Below are positions 47,255-57,070 of a stretch of 64,000 nt of DNA, one piece after another. The notes below the pieces were generated by a model. That model saw only the letters and a list, made by a program, of their open reading frames with translations. It had not been told where the DNA came from and did not search any database. The translations under genes were made by a program, and so were the position numbers. Position 1 is the stretch's first letter. Each line of letters starts with the position of its first letter. The stretch is from Candidatus Omnitrophota bacterium (lineage in GTDB: Bacteria > Omnitrophota > Gorgyraeia > Zapsychrales > Zapsychraceae): contig JAJDCB010000011.1 in assembly GCA_029261065.1 (NCBI GenBank), positions 175,168 through 239,167 on the forward strand. The letters run 5' to 3'.

Positions 47255-48196
47255 ATGAAGAATTCCAATAGCATTATATTTATAGTCGGACCTACTGCCG
47301 TAGGTAAGTCGAACGTTGCTTTTCATTTAGCGCAACGACTAGGTGGAGAAATTCTTTCATGTGACTCTATGCAGGTTTATAGCCAAGTTGATATTGTTTC
47401 TGATAAGCCGAGTCAAGATAGTCAAGATACCGTATCGCATCATTTGATAAATGTATTAAGCGTTGAGGAATCCTTTGATGTGGCTCAATATTATAAGTTA
47501 GCCACTGAAACGATTAAGGATATTCTTAAACGTGAAAAAGTTCCAATTGTATGTGGGGGCAGTGGTATGTATATGATGATTCTTCTAGATGGTATTTTTC
47601 AAAAGGGGGCTCGTGATGACAAATATAGAGAAGAGTTATGGCGTATAGCTAAAGAAGGGAGCCAAGGTGATCAGGTCTTGTATGACCAATTAAAGGAGGT
47701 AGATCCGCAATCCGCTTTAAAAATTCATCCGCATGATGTTAAGAAAGTTATACGTGCTTTGGAGGTTTATCATTCACAAGGAAAGCCAATTTCCCAATTG
47801 CAGCCTGAGCGTCGTGGGCTTTGGGGAGAATATGATATTCGTTTATATTGTTTAAATAGAGATCGCCAAGAGCTTTATCAAAGAATAAATACGCGTGTTG
47901 ATGAGATGTTTGAAAAGGGTTTATTGAGAGAGATAAAGAAATTAAATGATATGGATTTAAGCCTGACGGCGCAGGCAAGTATTGGCATTAAAGATTTAAA
48001 GCGTTATTTGGATAAGGAATGTTCTCTGGAGGAAGCAAAAGAAAAAATGAAGCAAAGAACGCGCAATTTTGCAAAACGTCAGTTAACATGGTTTAGAAAA
48101 GAGAGTCGATTGAAGTGGATTGACTTAAACAAAGAGGATGCACCAGAAAAGATCGCAAATGGTATTTATGACGATCTAAAGGATAATAATGACTGA
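47255..48196 (+). CDS. miaA: tRNA dimethylallyltransferase
   Basis: P-loop IVGPTAVGKS and the MiaA family layout; 313 aa. Confidence 0.9.
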   Translation: MKNSNSIIFIVGPTAVGKSNVAFHLAQRLGGEILSCDSMQVYSQVDIVSDKPSQDSQDTVSHHLINVLSVEESFDVAQYYKLATETIKDILKREKVPIVCGGSGMYMMILLDGIFQKGARDDKYREELWRIAKEGSQGDQVLYDQLKEVDPQSALKIHPHDVKKVIRALEVYHSQGKPISQLQPERRGLWGEYDIRLYCLNRDRQELYQRINTRVDEMFEKGLLREIKKLNDMDLSLTAQASIGIKDLKRYLDKECSLEEAKEKMKQRTRNFAKRQLTWFRKESRLKWIDLNKEDAPEKIANGIYDDLKDNND

Positions 48197-49457
48197 AGCC
48201 AAAGTCGTCAAAGATGAAACTAAAGAACGTGTTCTTCTGGTTATTGTCGATGAGAAGATAAAAAATGATCCTTGGAGTGTTGATGATGTTCAGTATGAGA
48301 TGACAGAATTAGTGAAGGCTTGTGGAGGAGAGGTTGTTGAGTCTATGGTTTGTCATCTTCGAACGCCAACAGCGAAATATTTTATTACGGAAGGGAAAGT
48401 AACAGATATTATTGATTATTGTACAATTAAGGAAGTCGATACGGTTATTTTCACTCATGATCTTAAGGGGAGTCAGCAACGAAATTTAGAAGATAGAATA
48501 AAGGTGAAAATCATTGATCGTACACAATTGATTCTTGATATTTTTGCGAAACATGCCACAAGTAAAGAAGGAAAGATGCAAGTGGAATTAGCGCAATTAG
48601 AATATCTCTTGCCTCGACTTGTCGGAAAAGGTGTTGAGTTGTCTCGATTAGGTGGTGGTATTGGAACCTTAGGACCAGGGGAAACAAAGTTAGAGGCTGA
48701 TCGGCGAAGGATAGCTCAGAGAATTACAAAATTAAAGAGGAGTATTAACGACGTTGTGGCTAATCGTCAGTTAAAACGAAAAAGGCGAAAGGATCGAGGT
48801 GTTGCTACGATTTGTTTGGTTGGTTACACCAATGCTGGAAAATCGAGTTTACTCAATGCATTAACGCAATCTTCCCAAATAACAAAAGATGGTTTGTTTA
48901 CAACGCTCGATTCTTTATCACGACAACTGACACTATCTAATCACCAAAAAGTCGTTATCTCAGATACCGTTGGTTTTATGCATGCCTTGCCGCATCGTTT
49001 AATCGAGGCATTTAAAGCAACTTTAGAAGAGGTTAAGCAGGCTGATTATTTATTGCATGTTTTAGATGTTAGTCATGCTAATTTTCGTAATTTATATGAT
49101 TCGGTATGTGATGTTTTAAAAGACCTTGAGGCTTTTGATAAGCCGACTATTGTGGTCCTCAACAAAATCGATAAATGGGATAATGACAGCGGCTTAGAAA
49201 GCATTAAGAAAAATTTTGATGATTGCGTTTTGATATCAGCTCTTAAGGGGACCAACATTGATCAGCTGCTTGATAAGATTCTGGGGCTGTTAACGGAACA
49301 ATTTGTAGATATTCATGTTGATATCCCTATTAATCGCATGGATCTTGTGAATCTCGCTCATAAAGAGGGGGAGGTTTATTCTATAAAATACTATAACGAT
49401 AAAATCAATATCCGCGCTTCAATCCCTGCCTTAATGGCCAATCGTTTTTATATGTAG
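48189..49457 (+). CDS. hflX: GTPase HflX
   Basis: HflX N-domain motif GTLGPGETKLEADRR and the G-domain (GYTNAGKSSLLNALT; DTVGF; NKID). Confidence 0.9.
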   Translation: MTEAKVVKDETKERVLLVIVDEKIKNDPWSVDDVQYEMTELVKACGGEVVESMVCHLRTPTAKYFITEGKVTDIIDYCTIKEVDTVIFTHDLKGSQQRNLEDRIKVKIIDRTQLILDIFAKHATSKEGKMQVELAQLEYLLPRLVGKGVELSRLGGGIGTLGPGETKLEADRRRIAQRITKLKRSINDVVANRQLKRKRRKDRGVATICLVGYTNAGKSSLLNALTQSSQITKDGLFTTLDSLSRQLTLSNHQKVVISDTVGFMHALPHRLIEAFKATLEEVKQADYLLHVLDVSHANFRNLYDSVCDVLKDLEAFDKPTIVVLNKIDKWDNDSGLESIKKNFDDCVLISALKGTNIDQLLDKILGLLTEQFVDIHVDIPINRMDLVNLAHKEGEVYSIKYYNDKINIRASIPALMANRFYM

Positions 49458-49463
49458 TTAGAA

Positions 49464-49486
49464 TTTCTAATTAAAATAATTAGAAA
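49464..49486. promoter_or_regulatory. Perfect 9-bp palindrome TTTCTAATT-N5-AATTAGAAA, candidate operator of the MerR/HspR-like regulator
   Basis: Read directly; it abuts the -35 of the promoter at 49490. Confidence 0.35.
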
Positions 49487-49489
49487 ATA

Positions 49490-49518
49490 TTGACAAAATG
49501 ATGAGGATAAGTTATACT
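49490..49518 (+). promoter_or_regulatory. Consensus-like sigma70 promoter TTGACA-17nt-TATACT
   Basis: Read directly; about 25 nt upstream of the SD+ATG of the MerR-family gene. Confidence 0.5.
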
Positions 49519-49543
49519 CTTATTGGAACTAAGGAGAAGGATT

Positions 49544-49837
49544 ATGGCGCCTGAAGATTATATCGAGTTTGAATTTAACATAAATCCGGAGGCCCCGCTT
49601 TTTATCATCAGTATCGTTAGTGAGATGGTGAGTATGCCTGTTTGGACGTTAAGAAAGCTGGATGATTGTGGTGTTGTTAAGCCTGAGCGGATTGGGAAGA
49701 AGGCGAGATGTTATTCAAAGGTTCAAATAAAAAAACTTCACTATATTAGATATCTTATGGAAATTAAAAAAGTCAACATTAGCGGCATAAAACATATTTT
49801 AGAAATTGAAATTAATAAGGAGGTTCAAGATGAATGA
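49544..49837 (+). CDS. MerR family transcriptional regulator (HspR-like heat-shock regulator candidate)
   Basis: MerR-type HTH (LFIISIVSEMVSMPVWTLRKLDDCGVVKPER). GGAGAAGG SD. Sits immediately upstream of hsp20-clpB. Confidence 0.6.
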   Translation: MAPEDYIEFEFNINPEAPLFIISIVSEMVSMPVWTLRKLDDCGVVKPERIGKKARCYSKVQIKKLHYIRYLMEIKKVNISGIKHILEIEINKEVQDE

Positions 49838-49867
49838 TGTTATCGAAGTATTTAGGGCCATTTTTTT

Positions 49868-49894
49868 TGTCCAACAATTAGCACTCAATGAAGA
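49868..49894 (+). promoter_or_regulatory. CIRCE operator (TTAGCACTC-N9-GAGTGCTAA), perfect consensus, upstream of hsp20-clpB
   Basis: Exact match to the HrcA-binding CIRCE inverted repeat, read directly. Confidence 0.85.
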
Positions 49895-49943
49895 AGAGTG
49901 CTAACAAATTAAGCAAAACGTGTTAAACAAAGGAGGAGTAAAA

Positions 49944-50390
49944 ATGAATTTAATTAAATGTAAACCCAAACAAGTAGATCCTTTTACACAATTTGATGTC
50001 TTTGATCTTGACCACCCTTTTTGGGGGGTCTCACTTTTTCCAGGATTCAAATCAGGAGAAAGTGCCTGGCCATCTATTGATGTTAGCGAAGATAAAGTTA
50101 ATACTATTGTGAAAGCCGACATTCCTGGGTTAAAGAAGGAAGACATCACATTAAAGGTAGAAGGTTCCGTTTTAACCATTCAGGGAGAAAGAAAAACGGA
50201 AACAGAAGAAAAGGATAAAAATTATCACAGAGTAGAAAGAAGCTATGGTCGCTTCGAAAGAAGTGTTGATTTGCATCTTCCCATTGATCAAACAAAAGTA
50301 AAAGCAAACTACAAAAATGGGGTATTAGAGGTGATTGTTCCAAAAATAGAAAAGGCAACCGCCTCTAATATTGTTATTGAAGAAAAGTAA
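49944..50390 (+). CDS. Hsp20/alpha-crystallin family small heat shock protein
   Basis: Alpha-crystallin domain (DVSEDKVNTIVKADIPGLKKEDITLKV...LTIQGER...VKANYKNGVLEVIVPK). GGAGGAG SD ahead of the ATG at 49944. Confidence 0.9.
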   Translation: MNLIKCKPKQVDPFTQFDVFDLDHPFWGVSLFPGFKSGESAWPSIDVSEDKVNTIVKADIPGLKKEDITLKVEGSVLTIQGERKTETEEKDKNYHRVERSYGRFERSVDLHLPIDQTKVKANYKNGVLEVIVPKIEKATASNIVIEEK

Positions 50391-50455
50391 CAATGAAAGG
50401 GGGCATCTCTTAAGATGTTCCCTTCATTGATAATTTAAAAAAGGGGGTGAATAAA

Positions 50456-53050
50456 ATGATTCGTTTAGAAAAATTCACACATAAAAATCAGGAAGCCATC
50501 GCGAAAGCGTTTGAGTTGGCTGATGAACTTTCTCATCAACAAATTGACGTCGATCATCTTTTATATGCCTATTTAAAGGAAGAAGACGGCTTGTTTAATT
50601 CATTATTAAATCGTTTTCAGATTAAGACAGAAAATGTACTTTCGCAGTTAGATGTACAACTAGAAAAAAAGCCTGTGGTTGAGGGGGCAAAACAACCTGT
50701 ATTAGATGCAAAACTAGATGTTCTTTTACGTCAGTCTCAAAAAGAAGCGTCAAAGATGAAAGATGATTATGTTTCTCAGGAGCATATTTTTCTTGTGATG
50801 GGTCGAGATTCGAATACTCTTGTTGGGGCGGAGCTTAAGAAGAATGGAATTTCACAAAAAGATATCTTAGAGGTTTTAAGTCAAATTCGAGGAGGTCAAA
50901 AAGTGACAGATATGAATCCTGAAGATAAATATCAGGCATTACAAAAATATGGGCGCGATCTTACGGAATTGGCAGAAAAGGGCAAATTAGATCCTGTGAT
51001 TGGTCGGGATGAGGAGATAAGGCGAATTATTCAGGTGCTATCAAGGCGGACAAAAAATAACCCTGTTTTAATTGGTGAACCGGGGGTAGGAAAAACAGCT
51101 ATCGCAGAAGGTTTAGCGCAACGTATTGTTTCAGGCGATATTCCAGAAGGTTTAAAAAATAAAAAAGTTGTGACCCTTGATATGGGACAGCTTTTAGCTG
51201 GGACAAAGTATCGTGGAGAGTTTGAAGATAGATTAAAAGCGGTCGTTAAGGAAATTGAAAATCAACAGGGTGGTATCATTTTGTTTATTGATGAGGTTCA
51301 CACCATCGTTGGAGCTGGAAAAACAGAAGGATCTATGGATGCTTCTAATATGTTAAAACCAGCGTTAGCGCGTGGATTATTACGCTGTGTGGGCGCCACA
51401 ACGTTGGATGAATATAGAAAATATATAGAAAAAGATTCAGCACTTGAGCGACGTTTTCAACCGGTTATGGTTAACGAGCCAAATGTAGATGATGCAGTTG
51501 CCATTTTGCGGGGTTTAAAAGAAAAATATGAAATTCATCATGGGGTGCGTATTCAAGATTCTGCGTTAATTGCCGCGGTTGCTATGTCTCATAGGTACAT
51601 TACAGAACGTTTTTTACCAGATAAGGCAATTGATCTTATTGATGAGGCTGCAAGTCGACTGCGTATAGAGATTGACAGTATGCCTCAGGAGTTAGATATT
51701 AGTGAACGCAAAATTCGTCAACAAGAAATTGAAAAGCAGGCTTTAAAGAAAGAAAAGGATGACGCGTCAAAAGAAAGGTTGAAGAAGTTGGAGTCCGATT
51801 TACAAATCGCAAAGGAAGAAAATAAGAGATTGAGACTTCGTTGGGAGAAAGAGAAAGATGCGATAGAACAAATCCGTTCCATTAAATCTAGTATTGAAGA
51901 TAAAAAATTAGAATCTGAACAATTTGAAAAACAAGGTGATCTTAACAGGGTTGCTGAGATTCGATATGGATTGTTAGTTAACTTGGAAAAAGAACTGGAG
52001 GTAAAGAATAAGCTATTGATGAAAATTCAAGAAGGCGGTTCCATGCTTAAAGAAGAAGTTGATGATCAGGACATTGCTGAGGTGGTCTCCAAATGGACAA
52101 AAATTCCTATGACGAAGTTGATGGAGGGAGAAACAGAAAAACTGATTCATATTGAATCCAGTTTAAAAAAACGTGTGGTTGGACAAGATCAAGCCATTGA
52201 TCTTATTTCTAATTGTTTGCGTCGATCACGAACAGGTTTAAGTGATCCTAATAGGCCTATTGGTTCTTTCATTTTTGTTGGACCAACGGGAGTCGGGAAG
52301 ACCGAGCTTGCTAAATCATTGGCTTGGTTTTTATTCGACGATGAGTCGTCTCTGATTCGCATTGACATGAGTGAGTATATGGAAAAGCATAGTGTCTCAA
52401 GACTCATCGGAGCTCCTCCTGGATATGTGGGTTATGATGAGGGTGGTCAACTGACAGAGGCTGTTCGACGTCGTCCTTTTGCTGTGATTCTTTTTGATGA
52501 GATTGAAAAGGCACATAGTGATGTTTTTAACACGTTACTCCAAATTTTGGATGACGGTCGTCTGACAGATGGTCAAGGGCGTGTGGTCAACTTTAAGAAT
52601 TGTATTATCATTATGACGTCAAATATTGGGACAGAATCCATTGGTTTAACAGATGATAGATTGACGATTGAGAAAAACATTCAAGAAGCTCTACGAAACA
52701 GTTTTAGGCCAGAGTTTCTTAATCGGATCGATGAGACCATTATTTTTAATCGTCTTAAAGAAAAGGATATTGAGAAAATCGTAGAGATTCAGTATGGAAT
52801 CATAAAAAATAGGTTAAAAGAGAGACATATTGATCTAGAGCTTACGGATGCGGCCAAATTGAAACTCAGTCACGCTGGTTTTGACGAGCTTTATGGGGCC
52901 AGACCATTAAAACGCGTTATGCAAAGGGCTCTTCAAGATCAAATTGCTATGAAATTATTGACCGGTGAAGTCAAAGAAAAGGATAGAATAAGAATAGATT
53001 CAGACAAAAATGGGGGTGTTTTATTGAAGATAAATAGTTCTAATCGTTAA
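50456..53050 (+). CDS. clpB: ATP-dependent chaperone ClpB
   Basis: Two AAA+ modules ([15 protein letters not shown]; [15 protein letters not shown]) and the coiled-coil middle domain; ~865 aa. Confidence 0.95.
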   Translation: MIRLEKFTHKNQEAIAKAFELADELSHQQIDVDHLLYAYLKEEDGLFNSLLNRFQIKTENVLSQLDVQLEKKPVVEGAKQPVLDAKLDVLLRQSQKEASKMKDDYVSQEHIFLVMGRDSNTLVGAELKKNGISQKDILEVLSQIRGGQKVTDMNPEDKYQALQKYGRDLTELAEKGKLDPVIGRDEEIRRIIQVLSRRTKNNPVLIGEPGVGKTAIAEGLAQRIVSGDIPEGLKNKKVVTLDMGQLLAGTKYRGEFEDRLKAVVKEIENQQGGIILFIDEVHTIVGAGKTEGSMDASNMLKPALARGLLRCVGATTLDEYRKYIEKDSALERRFQPVMVNEPNVDDAVAILRGLKEKYEIHHGVRIQDSALIAAVAMSHRYITERFLPDKAIDLIDEAASRLRIEIDSMPQELDISERKIRQQEIEKQALKKEKDDASKERLKKLESDLQIAKEENKRLRLRWEKEKDAIEQIRSIKSSIEDKKLESEQFEKQGDLNRVAEIRYGLLVNLEKELEVKNKLLMKIQEGGSMLKEEVDDQDIAEVVSKWTKIPMTKLMEGETEKLIHIESSLKKRVVGQDQAIDLISNCLRRSRTGLSDPNRPIGSFIFVGPTGVGKTELAKSLAWFLFDDESSLIRIDMSEYMEKHSVSRLIGAPPGYVGYDEGGQLTEAVRRRPFAVILFDEIEKAHSDVFNTLLQILDDGRLTDGQGRVVNFKNCIIIMTSNIGTESIGLTDDRLTIEKNIQEALRNSFRPEFLNRIDETIIFNRLKEKDIEKIVEIQYGIIKNRLKERHIDLELTDAAKLKLSHAGFDELYGARPLKRVMQRALQDQIAMKLLTGEVKEKDRIRIDSDKNGGVLLKINSSNR

Positions 53051-53112
53051 TGTTTCATTAAAGAAAAAGTGATATAATATGCTTTAATTGAAAACAGCTG
53101 TATGATTAAATT

Positions 53113-54057
53113 ATGAAAAATATTTTTCTAGTTGGCTTTATATTATTTTTTTCTTTACCATCCTTAGTCTACGCACAGTTCATAAAGCGAACAATAGAAG
53201 ATGGAATTTATAAAGAACTTTATGATTCTGGTGAGGTGCGTAAGCGACTAACTTATAAAGATGGTAAGCCTAATGGTCCTTTTAATACATATTATAAAAG
53301 TGGAAAGTTAATGGGGGAAGGATTGTATGTTGAGGGAGCTCTTGAGAAAAGAGCGAGATCTTATTATTTAAATGGTTTAACTAAAATGGAAACGCGTTAT
53401 AAGTATGGTCGGTTGCATGGAAAAATTATTGAATATTTCGACGATGGTGCGGTAAAACGAGAATCCGATTATGTTGATGGAAAATTGCATGGAAAGGTAA
53501 AAGATTATGCGCGAAATGGTAAGCTTGAATATGAAAAAGAATTTAGAAATGGCATGGAGGAGGGGGAGGCCAAAAAAATCTCTGCTTTAGGTTCGGTTGA
53601 TCGTACGGTTCAGTTTGAGCAGGGTCAACAAAAAGGTATTATTCGTGATTTTGAATATAGTGGACGTCTTAAACGAGCGTTTGAAGCGCTTGACGGTGTT
53701 CCGCATGGTGTTGTGAAAGAATATTATGAGACGGGTGAGTTAAAAAGTGAAAGTACAATTGAGAAGGGAGAGTTTGTAAACACTTACGTTAAAGAATTTT
53801 ATAAGACAGGTGAATTGTTGCGAGAGGTTAACCTTGTTGAAGGAATTAGAGTTGGAGAATTTAAAGAATACTACCCGAGTGGGAAAATTAAGATAAGTGG
53901 GCAGTATCAAAATGATAAACAGCATGGCGTGTTTCGTGTATTTCACGCAAATGGCTACCTAAAGAGTGAGAAAGTTTTTGAGAAAGGTGTAAAGGTTTCA
54001 TCTCGTGAATTTGATGATTACGGAAATATTATTTTGCACAGCGATAGTTTGCTTTAG
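53113..54057 (+). CDS. Secreted MORN-repeat (MORN_2 variant) protein
   Basis: Signal peptide. Repeated Y-x-x-G-x-L-x-G-x-x-x-x-Y-Y-x-x-G units throughout. Confidence 0.65.
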   Translation: MKNIFLVGFILFFSLPSLVYAQFIKRTIEDGIYKELYDSGEVRKRLTYKDGKPNGPFNTYYKSGKLMGEGLYVEGALEKRARSYYLNGLTKMETRYKYGRLHGKIIEYFDDGAVKRESDYVDGKLHGKVKDYARNGKLEYEKEFRNGMEEGEAKKISALGSVDRTVQFEQGQQKGIIRDFEYSGRLKRAFEALDGVPHGVVKEYYETGELKSESTIEKGEFVNTYVKEFYKTGELLREVNLVEGIRVGEFKEYYPSGKIKISGQYQNDKQHGVFRVFHANGYLKSEKVFEKGVKVSSREFDDYGNIILHSDSLL

Positions 54058-54094
54058 AAGTAATCCGGATAACTTTTAAACAAGTAGAAAAAAT

Positions 54095-54799
54095 ATGAAA
54101 ATAGCTTTAATTGTTGGTGGTTTAATAGTCGCTTATGTTATTTTTAATATCTTTTTTTCTGGAAAAGGAAAGACAAGGGACGAATCTCTTCTGGATTTAG
54201 AAAAGTTTCTTGAGGGTAAGCTCGAATTAATTAAAGGTATCGAGAATTCTTTTAGGTTAAGTTTTACGTTTGAAGGTATTGCGTTATCTTTTGAAGATTT
54301 AGAAGTGCAGGGGTTTAACGATAAGGTGAATAAAGGGTTTTTGAAAGCCAAGACGGTTAGTAGTTTGAATTTGACGTTTTCTGAAAAAATTGCGGGTCAA
54401 GGCACAAGATCAAAAATGATTATAGCCTCTGATTTAGAGGCTAATCCGGGGCAAGCTGACATTAAGATAAATATGCCAAAATATTTGCAAGATCTTGAGG
54501 TTCATACCAATGATAAAGTAATGGTAAATCGTTTATTCCAAGATCCAAGAATTATTAACATTTTTTCAGAATATAAAAACTTTAACTTGCGTGGAAGTCC
54601 TCTCATGCCATTATCTGTAAAAGAGGGGGTTGTGCATCTTGAATTTTATGAAACAGATATGATGAAACCTAGTATTGTCGCTTTACGTAAAGATATACCC
54701 TCAATTGAAAAAATATTGGCTAAAATGAGTGTATTGGTGAAAAAAATTGATGCCTTGGACCGCGACGATGAAAGTCCTATTAAGAAAATGAAGAGATAA
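54095..54799 (+). CDS. Hypothetical membrane-anchored protein
   Basis: Single N-terminal TM helix (IALIVGGLIVAYVIFNIFF). No family recognised. Confidence 0.45.
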   Translation: MKIALIVGGLIVAYVIFNIFFSGKGKTRDESLLDLEKFLEGKLELIKGIENSFRLSFTFEGIALSFEDLEVQGFNDKVNKGFLKAKTVSSLNLTFSEKIAGQGTRSKMIIASDLEANPGQADIKINMPKYLQDLEVHTNDKVMVNRLFQDPRIINIFSEYKNFNLRGSPLMPLSVKEGVVHLEFYETDMMKPSIVALRKDIPSIEKILAKMSVLVKKIDALDRDDESPIKKMKR

Positions 54800-54801
54800 T
54801 T

Positions 54802-55410
54802 ATGGATAAAATAAAAGCATTCTTTCTAACATCTGTTCTTGGGGGTGTTACGGTCATATTACCAACAGTCATTTTGATATCTGTTTTTTCTTGGCTGTTT
54901 AATTTTGTTAGAAAACTGATTGCACCTATAACTAATTTATTAGTTTCTAAGTCTGAGATTCACAGTTTATTGGCTGATGTCATTGTTATTATTATTATTA
55001 TTGGTGTTTGTTTTGCTGTTGGAATCTTGGTAAAAACGCGATTTGGTAAATTTTTACATCGATTGGTTGAAGAAAAATTATTAAAGGTTGCTCCGGGGTA
55101 TACGTTAATAAAGGAGACCGTTTTACAAATAATAGGCAACAAAAAATCACCTTTTTCTTCAGTTGCTTTGGTACAAATTTTTGGAAATGAAACTATGGTG
55201 ACGGCCTTTGTAACGGATGAACATGAAGATGGTCGTTTTTCGGTTTTTGTCCCAACGGGACCAAATCCAACTTCGGGTAATATCTATCATTTAAAGAGCG
55301 AGTATGTGCATCCTGTGTCAGTTTCTGTAGAAGATGCCATGCGTTCCATTATTAGTTGTGGGGCTGGATCTTCAACTTTAGTTGCCAAATATAAAGGGAA
55401 AAACGCTTAA
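54802..55410 (+). CDS. DUF502 family membrane protein
   Basis: Two N-terminal TM helices and the C-terminal FVPTGPNPTSG region typical of DUF502. Confidence 0.55.
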   Translation: MDKIKAFFLTSVLGGVTVILPTVILISVFSWLFNFVRKLIAPITNLLVSKSEIHSLLADVIVIIIIIGVCFAVGILVKTRFGKFLHRLVEEKLLKVAPGYTLIKETVLQIIGNKKSPFSSVALVQIFGNETMVTAFVTDEHEDGRFSVFVPTGPNPTSGNIYHLKSEYVHPVSVSVEDAMRSIISCGAGSSTLVAKYKGKNA

Positions 55411-55475
55411 ATAAGGCGTTTTTCTTCCATCCATAAGTTATTCTCTTGCATGGTGATTTCTTAAAAATTTGTTTA

Positions 55476-55503
55476 TTGACATAAAAAAGTTTTTTGTTAT
55501 AAT
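55476..55503 (+). promoter_or_regulatory. sigma70 promoter TTGACA-16nt-TATAAT (with TGn extended -10) for the hrcA-grpE-dnaK-dnaJ operon
   Basis: Read directly; immediately upstream of CIRCE. Confidence 0.6.
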
Positions 55504-55510
55504 GCCTAAA

Positions 55511-55537
55511 TTAGCATTCTAGGCATAGGAGTGCTAA
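55511..55537 (+). promoter_or_regulatory. CIRCE operator (TTAGCATTC-N9-GAGTGCTAA) upstream of hrcA
   Basis: Inverted repeat matching CIRCE with one mismatch in the left arm; positioned at the promoter/TSS as in Bacillus. Confidence 0.8.
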
Positions 55538-55667
55538 AATTGATTTAGATACAGGGGCCATATAGTTATATTACATAAGTACTTAAGGCTCTAATAGATA
55601 TGTTTCTAATTTTTTAGTTTATCAACATTATCTAGCTGTTTAACCCCTTTTCTAGAAGAGGTCAACA

Positions 55668-56405
55668 ATGCCAACAAAAAATGAAGAATTACAAGAGCGA
55701 AAGGATAGCATCTTAGCTATCGCCATTAACAGATATATAGATACTGTTTCGCCTGTAAGTTCAAAAATAATTGCTGATGAGATTTCTCTAGACTTAAGTT
55801 CTGCCACGATTCGTAATACTTTGGCTGAATTAGAGGAAGAGGGATATTTGACTCATCCGCACACATCCGCTGGTCGTGTGCCTACACATAAAGGTTATCG
55901 TTATTTTGTGGATAATTTGATGAATGAGATTATTTTTTTAGAAGAAGAAAAAAAGCGGATTAAATCAGAATACCAGAAGCAGTCTTTAGAATTGGAGTCC
56001 TTATTAGAGAAGACATCACAAGATCTATCTACGTTAACGCGATATACAAGTATTGTTTCGGTTGATGGTTGGGGAACTAAGATTTTTTGTCAGGGAACCA
56101 GTTATGTTGTTGAATATCCTGATTATCAAGATGTGCAAAAAATTAAAAATATATTAGAAGCGTTAGATGAAAAGAAGAGTTTATTGGAGATTATTAATCG
56201 TGATTTGGAAAGTAAAGTTGGTATTTTCATAGGACAAGAAATTGCCCTCTCAGAGATGAGTCACTGCTCATTAGTCGTTTCAAGTTATAAGTTAAAACAA
56301 GGCCCCAGCGGACGTATTGCTATTTTAGGGCCTGCTCGCATGCATTATGATCGCGTAATTTCCACACTTGAATATTTTTCAAACCTGATGGAAGAAATCG
56401 TTTAA
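55668..56405 (+). CDS. hrcA: Heat-inducible transcription repressor HrcA (short, 245 aa)
   Basis: N-terminal winged-helix region ILAIAINRYIDTVSPVSSKIIADE...ATIRNTLAELEEEGYLTHPHTSAGRVPTHKGYRYFVD. Operon context with CIRCE-grpE-dnaK-dnaJ. Confidence 0.85.
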   Translation: MPTKNEELQERKDSILAIAINRYIDTVSPVSSKIIADEISLDLSSATIRNTLAELEEEGYLTHPHTSAGRVPTHKGYRYFVDNLMNEIIFLEEEKKRIKSEYQKQSLELESLLEKTSQDLSTLTRYTSIVSVDGWGTKIFCQGTSYVVEYPDYQDVQKIKNILEALDEKKSLLEIINRDLESKVGIFIGQEIALSEMSHCSLVVSSYKLKQGPSGRIAILGPARMHYDRVISTLEYFSNLMEEIV

Positions 56406-56420
56406 AACTGAATTAAACAC

Positions 56421-57002
56421 ATGAAAGAGAATAAAGATATGAATGATGCTGATGTTGAAGAACAAGTTGAAGAACAGCTTATAGACGTTGAGAGTAAAGC
56501 TGAGAAGAAGAAAAAAGATAAGGTGTTAAAAATAAAAGAATCCGAATATGCCAAGATTGTAGAGGAAGGCAAAGAATATAAGGATAAATATCTTCGTCTT
56601 TTTGCGGAGTTTGACAATGCTCGTAAACGTATGGATCGGGAAAAACAAGACTTCGTTAAATATGCCAATGAAGAATTAATCGTCGAGATATTAACTATTC
56701 TTGATGGTTTGGAGTTATCCATTAAATCTGCTAAGGCAAAAGACAGTGAAGATGGAGAGGCGTTTTTAAAAGGTATTGAGATGGTTGTAACGCAAATGCA
56801 TGCGTTTTTAAATAAATACGGTGTTAAGCCGATTAAGGCATTAGGCACCATTTTCGATCCTCACAATCATGAAGTTCTTCTTCAAGAAGAAACTAGCGAA
56901 CATGACGATGGGCTTGTGTTAGAAGAGTTACAAAAGGGATATTTATTAGGAGAAAAAGTCGTTAGAACAGCAAAGGTAAAAATAGCTAAACAAAAAAATT
57001 AA
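56421..57002 (+). CDS. grpE: Nucleotide exchange factor GrpE
   Basis: YLRLFAEFDNARKRMDRE motif and the C-terminal beta-domain; 193 aa. Confidence 0.9.
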   Translation: MKENKDMNDADVEEQVEEQLIDVESKAEKKKKDKVLKIKESEYAKIVEEGKEYKDKYLRLFAEFDNARKRMDREKQDFVKYANEELIVEILTILDGLELSIKSAKAKDSEDGEAFLKGIEMVVTQMHAFLNKYGVKPIKALGTIFDPHNHEVLLQEETSEHDDGLVLEELQKGYLLGEKVVRTAKVKIAKQKN

Positions 57003-57070
57003 ATTGCATTTCTAAAATTAAGTTTAGAGAAGCGAATATGACGTTATTAATTTTCTAGGAGGTATTTTCA

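Noticed and set aside
50447-50455. GTG start for clpB at 50447 (MNKM...)
   Set aside because: That GTG lies within the GGGGG Shine-Dalgarno. The ATG at 50456 has ideal spacing, so the shorter start is preferred. The same logic applies to accD (TTG at 62339 inside the GGAGGG SD).
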